DNA of 64,000 nucleotides from Octopus sinensis (Eukaryota): NCBI RefSeq assembly GCF_006345805.1, contig NC_043017.1, positions 14,012,001 to 14,076,000 of the forward strand, read 5' to 3'. Shown piece by piece: positions 26,720 to 39,300 of this stretch (position 1 is its first letter; each line of letters starts with the position of its first letter). The notes under the pieces were generated by a model. It saw only the letters and a program-made list of their open reading frames with translations, ran no database searches and was not told where the DNA came from. The position numbers and the translations under genes were made by a program.

Positions 26720-27725
26720 TTAAACATGGAGTAACTTGTATGACTTTGAGGAAAACAGCCTAGGGTGGTATATAAAAAATGCTGGGGAGCCACTGCTGAA
26801 ACACATGAAGAAGGCTGACATCATCAAAACTGAGAATTGTGTAACTAAAGAAAAATTTAAACAAGAAATTAACAAATAAAACAAAAAAGAAAGAAAAAGC
26901 ATGGAAGGAAAAGAAAAGGTATGGTCAGTTTGCAGGAAATGTGAATGCCAAGACAGATGCAGAGGAGTAGTGGCTATGGATGAGGAGGAGAGAGAGCTGG
27001 AGATAGAGACAGAAGCACACATGTGCACAGGTGAGGAACAAGCGTCAAAGACCAATTATATGAAGTGCAGAATAGACAAATGCAGAATGTGTGGTGAGAG
27101 GGGTGAAATGGTATGGCACATGATTAGCGAATGCCTGAAAGTGGCATAAAGTGAATACAAAAATGGAACAACAATGTAGCAAGAATGCTCCGAAGAACAA
27201 AGACGTATTATCAACAAATCCTAGAAAGAGTCGCCGAAAATGAGAATTGAAAAATCCTGTGGGATGCAATGATCCAGTGGGATCACCTGACAAGACATCG
27301 GAAACTGGACATTGTTGTGGTAAATAAAACAGAAAGAACATATATGATAGCCAACGTAGCATGCCCCGATGACAACAGGATCACTGTGAAAAAAAGTAGA
27401 AAAAATAAACAACTACGTGGACTTGAAAGTGGGAAATACAAAGGTTGTGGTCAATGAAGAGAAGAGACGTGAAACCAACAGTAATTGGCACTCAACTATG
27501 ATCATGGCTGAAAAAGATTGGTGCAAATGGGAAGGTAGAACACCTACAAGAATCTGATTCTCTTGGAACTGCAATAATTCTCCGCAGGGTTCTTGAAGCA
27601 TTATCAGTAAAACAAGTATCACCTTAGTCTGCTGGCTGTGGACAGCTGACACTTTCTATCATACCCAGCAATATAAGCTGTGAGTTTTAATACAATAATA
27701 TTAATAATAATAATCAATATCATTA
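26720..27725 (+). mobile_element. R4/Dong-like 3' fragment with TAA tail
   Basis: KCRMCGERGEMVWHMISEC, RHRKLDIVVV, and a (taa)n end. Confidence 0.82.
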
Positions 27726-27730
27726 TCATT

Positions 27731-28245
27731 ATTGAGTGAGAGATCTACACATGCCATCAAAGTGACACAAATATATATGGGGTACAAATATATGAAGCCC
27801 AATATACCCATCATGACTACCTGTCACCACATGACATGGTGATCTCATATGAAGATAAATAGCAAATGACCTTGCAGGTGGAGCCCAATTAGAATTTTCT
27901 TCAGGTCGAGTAGCCCATCCCACTCAAAATGTCCCTGAATGAGGTTTGTTGAAGGACGATGAATGAAACACCCATGTTTACAGAGATGAATTATTCAAAT
28001 CCCAAAGGATTCCTCTCAACAGATGGCTATGATGCTCCCCCACTACTTCTTCTCGTGACCAGAGATGCACATATTGTCAGCCACTAAGGAATATGCTCAA
28101 CTGGTTATGGTCAAACAACTGACAAGCAAATCTCTGGTATTGAGCAGAATGTTTGCTGTAGCCCATCTTTTATGCCAAGACAAAACAATGTACATGATAA
28201 CACTTCCAATCAGTTAAGACCAGAAGCCATGAGTGCCAGTGTCTG
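27731..28245 (-). mobile_element. Third copy of the ~560-bp TAA-flanked non-coding retroposon
   Basis: Colinear with 12717-13272. Confidence 0.88.
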
Positions 28246-28294
28246 ATTACTATTATTATAATACTTAGAAATATTGTAAACAATAATAAATAGC

Positions 28295-31200
28295 ACCCTC
28301 AACGTTGGCACACTGAAAGGTAGGTCTGGTGAGATAGTCGAGATGCTTGAACGGAGATGTGTGGATATATGTTGCATGCAAGAAATAAGGTGGAGAGGAG
28401 GATCTGCTAGGATCCTCACAGGCAAGGAACGCAAGTACAAGATTTTCTGGGCAGGGAACACTGACGGGATTGGTGGCGTGGGTATACTTATCGCTGAAAA
28501 ATGGGTAGATAAAGTAATTGAGGTAATCAGAGTATGTGACAGAATACTTAAGATTAGATTAGTGCTTCATCATAGTTTAGCAACCATTATATCAGCCTAT
28601 GCTCCTCAGTCGGGGCTACCTGATGGACAGAAAGACCGATTCTATGACACTCTACTGCAGACTACCTCGTTGACGAACGACAGAGACCTTCTCTTTGTGG
28701 CTGGTGACTTCAATGGTCATGTTGGACGACATGCTGGGGGCTTCCATGGAGGCTATGGCTATGGCTCCCGCAACGAGGAGGGAACCAGGCTGCTGGAGTT
28801 CTGCGATGCAAATAATCTTATGATTTGCAACACTAACTTCAGGAAACCTACCAGCCACCTAGTCACCTACCAATCGGGCCAACATACCAGACAAATTGAC
28901 TACATCCTTGCAAGGCAAAGGGAGAGATGGCTGCTTATAAATGCCAAAACCTTCCCAGGCGAAGAATGTACCCCACAACATAGACTGGTAGTTAGTGACT
29001 TTAGGATCAGAACTAGGAGCACAACCAGAAGACGACCAATATGGAGAAGAAGGATCTGGAAGCTTAAAGATCCTGCAAATGGACAGAGATTTAGGGACAT
29101 ATTACTTGAAGCCTTTGACGAAGTAGAAAGGGATAGAGCATCACAGGGGGTAGGAGACAACTGGACGTTTCTAAGGGACAACCTGCTGAGAGCCACTGAC
29201 CAGATCTGTGGCTGGTGTAAAGTCCCCTCTCGACCCAAAATAACATGGTGGTGGAACAATATTGTAGACAGGGCTATTAGAGAAAAGAGACAGGCTTGGA
29301 AGGACTGGAAGAACGGTGGTAGCAGGGAAGTGTATCAGACTGCCAAAAAGGAAGCTAGGAGAGAGGTCTATCTAACCAGAGGGGAAGCAGATAAGAAAAA
29401 ATTTGCCAATGTTCTGCGCCGTGAGGACCAAAGACTGGAGGTGTTTCACGTTGCAAGACAGTGTGTGAGAGAGAATCGTGATGTGGTAAGAGAGAAGTGT
29501 GTTCGCATGGAAGATGGTTCACTTGCGCTAAATGAGGATGCAAAGAGAGAGGTTTGGAGACGCCACTATGAAAGGTTGCTGAATAAAGAAAATGAATGGG
29601 ATAAAGAGAGTCTGCCGAATGTTGACCTAACAGAGGGACCAGCTATCCGAGTTGATAGTTCCTTGGTAGTTAAGGCAATTAGAAGCATGAAGACAGGGAA
29701 AGCCCCAGGCCCATCAGGAATCACTGATAGTTAATCAGGTGATACACAAAGGAGTCATACCCAATGACTGGTGTAGCAGCATAATAGTCAACTGCTACAA
29801 AGGTAAAGGTGACACTTTAGATACAAATAATTACAGAGGTATCAAGCTGTTGGATCAGGTAATGAAGGTTACGGAGAGGGTCATAGCCCAACTAATTAGA
29901 GAGTTAGTTTAGATGAGATGCAGTTTGGGTTTGTGCCAGGGAAAAGTACTACTGATGCTATATTCCTGGTAAGGCAGCTGCAGGAGAAATACCTAGCCAA
30001 AGATAAGCCCCTGTACCTGGCTTTTGTTGACATGGAGAAAGCCTTCGACAGGGTCCCCCGATCCCTTATCTGGTGGTCAATGAGGAAACTAGGGATAGAT
30101 GAATGGTTAGTGAGAGCTGTGCAGGCCATGTATAGGGACGCTGCTAGTAAGGTGAGGGTTGGCAACGAGTATAGTGAAGAATTCTGGGTAGAGGTAGGGG
30201 TCCATCAAGGCTCAGTCCTCAGCCCCCTTCTATTTATCATAGTCCTCCAGGCAATAACGGAGGAATTCAAGACAGGATGCCCCTGGGAGCTCCTCTATGC
30301 TCTAATTGCTGAGTCATTATCAGAACTGGAGGAGAAGTTTCAGGTGTGGAAACAAGGATTAGAATTGAAGGGCCTCAGAGTCAATTTAGCTAAAACCAAA
30401 GTCGTAATCAGTAGGAAGGTAGACAAATCATAAACGCCTTCAGGTAGATGGCCCTGCTCGATCTGTAGAAAAGGTGTAGGTAGAAACTCTATAAGATGCA
30501 CCAAGTGTAAGCTATGGACACATAAGAGATGCAGCAATGTCAAAGGAAGGCTAACTAGGAAGATGGTTTTTGTATGTGGCAGATACTCAGGAACAATAAA
30601 CACTGAAAATGCTCTGAGACCAACTTCCGTCACTTTCCAGGGAGAAAAACTAGAAATAGTGGATAGTTTCCCTTACCTAGGGGACCAAGTCAGCAGCGGG
30701 GGCGGGTGTGCTGAAAGTGTAACTGCTAGAGTAAGAATAGCTTGGGCAAAGTTCAGAGAGCTCTTACCTCTGCTGGTGACAAAAGGCCTCTCGCACAGAG
30801 TGAAAGGCAGACTGTATGATGCGTGTGTACGAACAGCCATGCTACATGGCAGTGAAACATGGGCCGTGACTGTTGTGGATATGCGTAAGCTTGCAAGAAA
30901 TGAAGCCAGTATGCTCCGATGGATGTGTAATGTCAGTACTCATACTTGGCAGAGTGTAAGTACCTTGAGAGAAAAGCTGGACCTAAGAAGCATCAGTTGT
31001 TGTGTGCAAGAGAGACGTTTGCGCTGGTATGGGCATGTGGTGAGAATGGATGAAGATAGTTGTGTGAAAAAGTGCCACACCCTAGTGGTTGAGGGAACCT
31101 GTGGAAGAGGCAGACCCAGGAAAACCTGGGATGAGGTGGTGAAGCACGACCTTCGAACTTTAAGTCTCACTGAGGAAATGACTAGAGACCGAGACCTCTG

Positions 31201-31780
31201 GAAGTGTGCTGTGCGCGAGAAGACCCGGCAGGACAAGTGAGACCATAACCCGTGGCCTTCTACATGGGATGGAGCCAGCCTACGTATGCATACCTTCCCT
31301 TCTTGGGACACAAAACTCTACTTGTGAAGACCTGTTAAGGCAAGTGAGGATCAGAATCGAAATCGATCAATGGAAATTGCAGATGTGTTACCAGTGCTGG
31401 TGGCAAGTAAGAGAACCATCTGTTCGTGACCGTTGCCAGCGCTGCCCCGACTGGCCTCGTGCCGGTGGCACGTAAAAAGCACCATCCGTTTGTGTCCATT
31501 GCCAGCCTCGCCTGGCCCCCGTACCGGTGGCACATAAAAAGCACCATCCGTTCGTGGCCGTTTGCCAGCTCTGTCTGGCACCTGTGCGGGTGGCACGTAA
31601 AAAGCACCCACTACACCCACGGAGTGGTTGGCGTTAGGAAGGGCATCCAGCCATAGAAACACTGCCAGATCTGACTAGGCCTGATGAAGCCTTCCAGTTT
31701 CACAGACCCCAGTTGAACCGTCCAACCCATGCTAGCATGGTAAACGGACGCTAAACGATGATGATGATGATGATGATGAA
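28295..31780 (+). mobile_element. RTE-clade LINE, almost complete ORF with few lesions, 3'UTR and (GAT)n tail
   Basis: APE endonuclease (TLNVGTL, CCMQE, AGDFNGHVG, QIDYIL), RT (QFGFVPG, FVDMEKAFD, VHQGSVLSP), C-terminal GRGRPRKTW; ORFs at 28343-29734, 29918-30433, 30563-31240. Confidence 0.95.
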
Positions 31781-32571
31781 TGTGTCTTGAATGACACAGC
31801 AATGCACCATAATAACAATGATGGACTATAATAACTGGTGTAATTTAATCATCCATAGTCTGATATGATATTTCAGAATATAAAAATTCCTTCCTCAGAT
31901 ATCCCTAGGAATTGATCACTTTTAGGACGGTTCTGTCAGAATATTTTATCCTATGAAGGGACAATATATTTCATGGTATTGCATTGAATAGGTTTCTGAC
32001 ACAATTCAGCTATGCTTTATAAAATGATTATAAAATAAATGAATTTAGTGGCTTGATCCAGAAAACATACCTTCTTGGTTGTATTATGGTGAAATATGGA
32101 ATGATCAAGGTGGAAGAATATATTTATAAGAAATTGTCAAAATATTTTAGAATGTTCTGTCTTGCATTTTGGCATGAAAAGAGAAGTAGGTCTTTGAAGT
32201 TAGCTAACAATTTATCACAAATACCACATGGTATGGTTGGCCAAAATATATGTTAGAAGGGATATTTACCAGATTGCATACATGATTTAGTATTGCTGTT
32301 GTTACATGAGAATGTTGGCTAGAAAACAATGCCTTAATCCAGACAGAGCAGTTGAAGGATTGATCCCTAAGGGAAATGATCTACACTATGTCCTGATTGT
32401 GAATACACACAAAGTCACTTTGGCTTTCATAATTTTAGAATAAATAAACTAATTACTGGTTAAGTACTTGAGCTGAGTAACCAACTGCTTCCTACCCGAC
32501 AATAAATTTGGGACATATTATACCCATACTAGAGCTCATTATTTTATTAACTTTCTGTTTTTCTTTTCCAG

Positions 32572-32648
32572 AATGTAGTGAAATCTACGCTGCACTTAAA
32601 GACCCCAAAAGGTATGCTCCTGAAGGAAACATTCCTTGTAAAAAATGA
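32572..32648 (+). CDS. Probable terminal coding exon 3 of the predicted secreted cysteine-rich peptide
   Basis: Strong acceptor ctttctgtttttcttttccag. Phase 1 gives ECSEIYAALKDPKRYAPEGNIPCKK*, with ATTAAA at 32651. An internal AG|gtatgc at 32611/2 is an alternative donor. Confidence 0.65.
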
Positions 32649-32998
32649 TAATTAAAATGAAGGAGACTGTATTATTATCTATTTACCAAAAAAACAAGAA
32701 ATATTGAAGGTATATGAAATTGTAAAACAATATTTCATAAAATTCTTTCAATTATTTTGTACCAGTTTCAGTCATTTAAACTTTATTCTCTTACTTGTTT
32801 CAGTCATTTGACTGTAGCCATGATGTAGCATTGCCTTAAAGGGTATTGGTCGAAGAACTTGACCCCATTTTTGTAAGCCTAGTACTTATTCTATCAGTTC
32901 CTTTTGCTGAACTGCTACATTATGGGGATATAAACGCACCAGCATTGGTGTATATATATATATATATATTCCTTCTGTTATGTTCTTTCTTTCTTTCT

Positions 32999-33175
32999 TT
33001 AACCCTTTTGATACCAACCCAGCTGAAACTGGATCTGGCTCTGAGTACAAACGTCTTGATTTCATAAATTTTGAATTAAAATCTTCCACCAAACCTTAGT
33101 CACAATTTATGTTCCTAACACTAGCTTAATGATAACTAAGTTATTTTACTATATTCTTTGTAATATTGTTATATT
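32999..33175 (+). mobile_element. Solo piggyBac-like MITE end
   Basis: TTAA|CCCTTTTGATACC resembles the TIR of the element at 35240. Confidence 0.5.
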
Positions 33176-33177
33176 TA

Positions 33178-33395
33178 CGTGTAAGTGCGCATGCGCGAAC
33201 GTGTCCGTGCGCATGCGCGAACGTGTAAGTGCGCATGCGCGAACGTGTAATTGTGCTTGTGCGAACGTGTTAGTGCACATGCGCGTACGTGCGCATTCTC
33301 GTACATGTGCATGCGCGAACGTGTAAGTGTGCATGTGCATACTTGTGCGTGCGCATGCGTGAACGTGTAAGTGCGTGTGCGCATACGTGTGCAAC
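33178..33395. repeat. CpG-rich alternating purine-pyrimidine minisatellite (~20-24 bp unit gtgtaagtgcgcatgcgcgaac)
   Basis: About 9 degenerate units seen directly. Confidence 0.9.
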
Positions 33396-33404
33396 GGACA
33401 CACA

Positions 33405-33705
33405 CATAAAAGCACCATCCGTTCATATCCATTGCCAGCCTCGCCTGGCCCCCGTGCCGGTGGCACGTAAAAGCACCATCCGCTCGTGGCTGTTTGCCAG
33501 CTCCGTCTGGCACCTGTGCTGGTGGCACGTAAAAAGCACCCACTACACTCACGGAGTGGTTGGCGTTAGGAAGGGCATCCAGCCGTAGAAACACTGCCAG
33601 ATCAGACTGGGCCTGATGCGGCCTTCCGGCTTCACAGACCCCAGTTGAACCGTCCAACCCATGCTAGCATGGAAAGCGGACGCTAAATGATGATGATGAT
33701 GATAT
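33405..33705 (+). mobile_element. RTE 3'UTR fragment; further 3' fragments at about 38270-38415, 41470-42012, 42770-43100(-), 62600-62850
   Basis: Matches 31470-31780, including the (gat)n tail. Confidence 0.88.
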
Positions 33706-33726
33706 ATGTATATATATATATATATA

Positions 33727-34790
33727 TGTCAGGCTGTAAAAAGTAAGCAATGTTTTGAAACATGAAATTCATCACAATCTATTTCAATGCAGAAAATTTA
33801 TACATCAAAGTAAGTACCATTACAATCAACACATTTTTGCTGTGTTGCAAGTTTGTTTATTCCGGTAACATAAAAATTTAGAGTTCTGGAGCTGATGAAC
33901 TCTTTAAATGCACTGTTAGCATAGGATTGATTTTTGAACTCTTTCTCTCACAGGAAACCATCAAGGTGCTTGAAAAAGTGATAGTCAATAGGAGAAAGGT
34001 CTGGGGATTAAGTAGGGTAGGGAAGAACTTTGTAGCCAAGTTCCAAGTTCCCTCAACTTCTAGAGCATCATTAGTGAAACGTGTGGTCAAGCATTGTCAT
34101 GAAAAATGATTGGCCCTCTTCTGTTGACCAGTCTTAGATGGAGAAGTGGCAGTTTTTCATTCATTTTGGCATTTTCATGGCAATGTTTCTGCAGTTATGG
34201 TTTTACCAGGTTTTAAGAAGTTATAGTGGATGAATCCAGCAGTACACCACCGAACAGTCACCATAACCTTCCTTTTGAAGAGCTCAGGTTTAGGGAAGGT
34301 TTTCGGTGCTTCATTTTGGTCCAACCACTGTGAAGACCTTTTTTTTATTATTGTACAGAATCCACTTTCCATCGCAAGTTACAATATGGTCAAGAGATGG
34401 TTTGGTCTGGTTATGGAGAAGCAAATTTCATATCTGCACATTTTCTGATTTTCATTCAAATCATCAAGCTTTTTTTTATTTCCAATCACATGCAAATGGT
34501 TACAGGCATTTTTCTTGCTAACTTGAAGTTCTTTTACCAGTTCTCAAGTGTTTTTACATGGATCTTTCTCAATGGCGGTCTTTAACTGACCGTCATCAAT
34601 GACAGATGCTCATGATCTTCAAGGCTCAGGTCTCCACTGCTAAATTGGTTAAACCATTTTCCAGCTGACCACTCACAAGTCATTTCCTCACCAAACGTTT
34701 TGTTGATATCACGAGCAGTTTCTACACTGAGAGACATGAAACAACAGGAGCAAGTGCTCAAAGACCTTTGCACACTTGAGGCTAACTAAA
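33727..34790 (-). mobile_element. Mariner-family transposon remnant
   Basis: SSQWLDQNEAPK, KVMVTVRWCTAGFIHYNFLKPGKTITAE, TARDINKTFG and DLSLED; abuts (TA)n. Confidence 0.85.
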
Positions 34791-35239
34791 AATTTAAAAT
34801 TAAACTTGTGCTAAGGTGTCTCATATAATTCCAATATATTGTGTGAAAATTTAATTAGTGTAAAAAATTCCTTTCCTCTCTGCTACAATACATTTTAAGT
34901 GTAAAATGATAAGCCAAAAGAGCAAAACTTGTCACTGAGAAGGATGATGGATTTGAGGAGCACAATCTAGAAAATCTTTGAAATGTTTAATGAAATTGAA
35001 TTTAGACAAAATTTTCTTTGTTGTCATTGATTTATCAAAAGGAGTTTGATGCTGCAGAAATGAATAAATAGGTTTTCTTTTGCAATATCAAAGCATTATA
35101 AAAAGGTACTCATGCTTGCATGCACAAGATTTTTTGATGACATAGACAATCTCTCAGAATCCATGCAAGTGGAAATGAGGCATTTTAAGATAATATACTC
35201 ATCAAACTTCAGTGAAGACATCAGATCACAAACTTTTAA

Positions 35240-36316
35240 CCCTTTCGTTACTATATTTCTGACCAAAATACACCCCTTATGTGTTTCAATTAATTTCTAA
35301 CGTAATCATAAATTTAGTCTGGTTTCATTAAACAACTATAACTTTTTTATTTATCAATATATTAACATGAATTTTGGAAGATAATTTAATGAAATGTTCT
35401 CAACCAATTCTATACTATAATTTTTGTCACAAAGTGACTCTAATTGCAGGTAGATACAGGTAAATTCAACAAAATATAAAATTATTAAAATTTTGTTCAA
35501 ACATCGCTATAGAAAATGGGTTATTAGCTAATATTCAATTGGGTATACAACAAAATTTTACGATAGAATTTGTTATTCTGGGTAACTTTCTGATACCCAT
35601 AATAATATTTATGGCAAAATAGGCCTTAATTTCATTTAAGGTTGTGGGAAATAACAAACTATCCTTTCTTTCGCTTTGTTTACGTTTAGTGTAACAGTTC
35701 GTTTCCGCCGTAATGATTTCAAATGGGCTCATTTGAAAAAGTAAAAAGAAATAGTCTAAGGCTTTACTCTTCTGGGAAAGTCTGCGGCTTGGTCCAGTTT
35801 CTTCAGAAAAATCACTGAAAGAAACAATTTTTAAATTTTCACTCCATTCAGGTGCCAATTCATTTTCTTTATCGCTGTCGGAGCTCTCGGATTCACTGTT
35901 TTCACTTTCGGAAAATGAAACATCAGATTCATTATCAAATACCACATGCTTTTTTTTTTCAGTCATAGAGTTAGATTTATGAAGGTCTTCAGTAGAAAAT
36001 CCTTCGAATTCTGACTCGCTGCTTGATATAATGAAATTCGTATCCATTTTTTGTCAGAATTACAAATTTTGAAAACACAATAGGAACAAATTTCGGAAAA
36101 AAATCTCCCATAATTCACGGAATTAAAATTACACTTCGATTTTTGTACAAAACTGTAGTTGAACTGTTTACGAAGTATAATACGTGTTTTCACGAATGTA
36201 CTAAAGAGATTTACTCTGATATTCTCATTTAAATATGAATAGGTAAATTCGGGCGGTTTGGGGCGGCTTGGTCACATTAACCAAAATTTTTTTCGGGCGG
36301 TTTGGTAACGAAAGGG
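35240..36316 (-). mobile_element. Internally deleted piggyBac element with intact TIRs and TTAA target duplications
   Basis: TTAA|CCCTTTCGTTAC ... GTAACGAAAGGG|TTAA. ORF 35535-36047 has an acidic N-terminus plus ALDYFFLLF, IITAETNCY and EIKAYFAINIIMGI, typical of PGBD N-termini. Confidence 0.93.
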
Positions 36317-39300
36317 TTAAAGACAAATGTTCCTTTTTTTACCAAATGTGTGTCTTGCCCTGTGAATTTCCTGCACATTGTCAGTTACAATAGAATTGAC
36401 TGAAAGATATTTAAACAAATTTTATCAAGGATATGATTTAACACAGGAAAAACTGAATGAACCAAATGACGTTAATGAAATAACAAAAAAAAGTTTACTT
36501 TAAAAATGACAAATAAAACATTTTAATTGTGAGAACGTTCAACTTGCATAACTAAACTCACTAAAATAACTATTGACAATGTTTTTAAAGTTTAAACAAT
36601 AAATAATCCAATGAATTGAAATGATGTTTCCGGTTTCCCATTCCCTAAAATAATATCGACTGTTAAGGGTTCATGGAAAATTTCACAAAAAAAAAAACTC
36701 ATCAATATTTAATTTAGGAGTATTACAACTTGAAATATAACTAAAATTCAGTTCCGAGTAACTAAGGTTTTTTTAGCTCTTAGATGCCCACTAGGTGACC
36801 TATTTTTGAATCTGGGGCCTACTATCACACTTGGCAATCCTGGTCAGAGATACAGTTTTTCTTTTTCTGACTTTTAGCCATTAATGAAAATAATTAAAAA
36901 TAAAAAAGACAAAAGATAACAAAGATGATGGGAAAGGTTAATTTAATTAACAGATTTCATGAGCAAAATAAATAAAATATTATAAACATATCAGAACAAT
37001 AAAACACTTTGACATATGATGTAGCATTACAAATGATTATCTGGAATAAGAACTAGTTACAACCAATATTTAGTTACTAGTTTTCATTCATAAATAAATT
37101 AAAAATTAGCGATTTAAATTCATTCTCTTTACTGAGAACTTACAATGTACAAAAAAAGAAAAACTAGGGCTCAGAGATGAGGGACCTACCTATAAAATAT
37201 GTTGTTGAATGAGTAGCATATATACTTTTTCCTTAACTCCTTTTAAATTCTTATGATATTCGACACTTTGGTGATTATCACAAAAACTTTTAATTAATAA
37301 ACAATTTCTAATGAAATTATATTTGTTTTTTAATTAAAAAAAAACTATTTAAATATTAAGCACAGCCATTAAAATATTGTAAAACAAAACAAAACTTGCA
37401 TTCATGTTTCTGTTGTTGAACACAGAAAAAAAAGCTCAAAATGATTTGCAACAAGAAAGAGTTAGCAAGGTGAATTATATAAAGGTGGGTGGGTGCATCA
37501 GTGATAACTTGTTAATTAATTTAAATAATTAGATATAATTTTGAACAGAACTTCCATATAAAGCTATGCACTAGTTTCATTCATTGAAATAATTGAGATT
37601 TTCATTTGCCTAATAGTTTGTCTTCCTTGTTAAATTTAAAATGTAATAGCAGGGTGAAAGGGGCTGTGTTGTAAATGCTCCTTTCTTGAGCCTTAAATGG
37701 AAATATTTTCTGAGTTGGGGAGGGGAAATTAGTTCCAGCAATTGTTACTTTATTAACCAAAAAGAGATGAAAAACAAACTCAGGACAAACAGAGTTGGAA
37801 CTGATACTATGACTTTTACATGTCACAGCCATTTTTAGAATGATGTTTAATTTTTGTATTTCTGTTATTTAAAACACTTCAGTGTTCCAAACAAAACTAT
37901 TTTATTATGTTACTTTGGGTAATTATTTCTTTATTTTCTTTATGTCACAATTGACAACTCACAGTGTCATAGTCTCTCTAATGGGGCAACAGTGATTAGG
38001 GAATGTTTAGTAAGTTGGTGGAGTACAAATCACACAAAAAATACTGGTTTTTCCAGGGATTTTCTAATACTGGATTATATTCCATTGCTGACATAAGTTT
38101 GGTCACAAATAAGAGAAATACAACTCAATACTCAAATTAGAGGATATACATACATTTATATATACATAAGGGGCCTTAAGTTTCTTGACAACATTGATCT
38201 AAGTTTGATGGGTGCTTGAGTCAATGTAGCTTCACAGATAATTAAGGAATATATATATGAAGTAGTTTGTATTGAGAGGGGCATCCAACCATAGAAACCA
38301 AGCCAAAGCAGACATTGGAGCTCAGCAGAACCGTCTGGCTCATCATCATCTTTATGTCAAACTGTCCAACCTTTGCCAGCATAAAAAGAGATGTTAAATG
38401 ATGATGATGATGAGATATACAGTTGCAATAACAAATGGCACCCCAAAATGGGATGTTCAATAAAATGAGTCAGTAAAGGTGGCAACCTTTTCAATATCAG
38501 AGGTGAGCTGCAAATATGTAAAATTCTGTGCTGAGAAAAATAATGAATTCTACAAACTCATAAACATGTAATTTTGTTTTAAATAAGTGTTTACGCCATA
38601 CATTATCACATTTAACATCCAAATTGTAATGTTTATACAGAAATATCCAAAATATATGACATGAATCAAAACATTAAAAAATCATTGACAGATCACATAA
38701 AATAAATAAAAATATTAAACTTTTATGAAACCCAAGGAAGCCTGGGACAAAGTGGTGAAAGATGATCTCAGGATTTTGAGAGGACAAAGAGCTGAGATGT
38801 CTGGTGATATGTGGTGATTGAGAAGATCTGTTTATCTGAAGGCCTGGAAATAGCATGTGTACACACAAAAGCGACCCCCTTGACCAATTTATTTCTGTCA
38901 AGCCTTTCCCACCATTCCCTCATCTCCCTATCACTGATTCCTCCATCACTCTTCTATTCACCTTCTTGCACCTTGAGGATACACTCAGACACATTGACAC
39001 CACTACTTTTATCTCACTTTCCAGCTCCATCCAAGATATTTCCTCAACAGCAAGAAACCTGTTTGTGTCCCTTGTGTCACACTTTAGAAGTGACATCTGT
39101 GAGACAGAGATTAGAATACATTAGGGAAAGAGACATCATGCCAATCTGTTGAGTGGCTTTTCTTTGGTGCTAAGTTGTCTGTGTGGAGAAGCAGTGTTAC
39201 CTCAGACATGAAAACATTTTAGTAGGGTACAAATAAAAATACACACATTAGTTGTCTTAATCAATAAGTGAAAGTCATTTGTTACACATCTGTAACCTTC

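Noticed and set aside
28343-31240. RTE as an active or domesticated RT gene
   Set aside because: It has frameshifts and stops (29734, 30433) and the YADD catalytic motif is deleted (ELLYALIAES).
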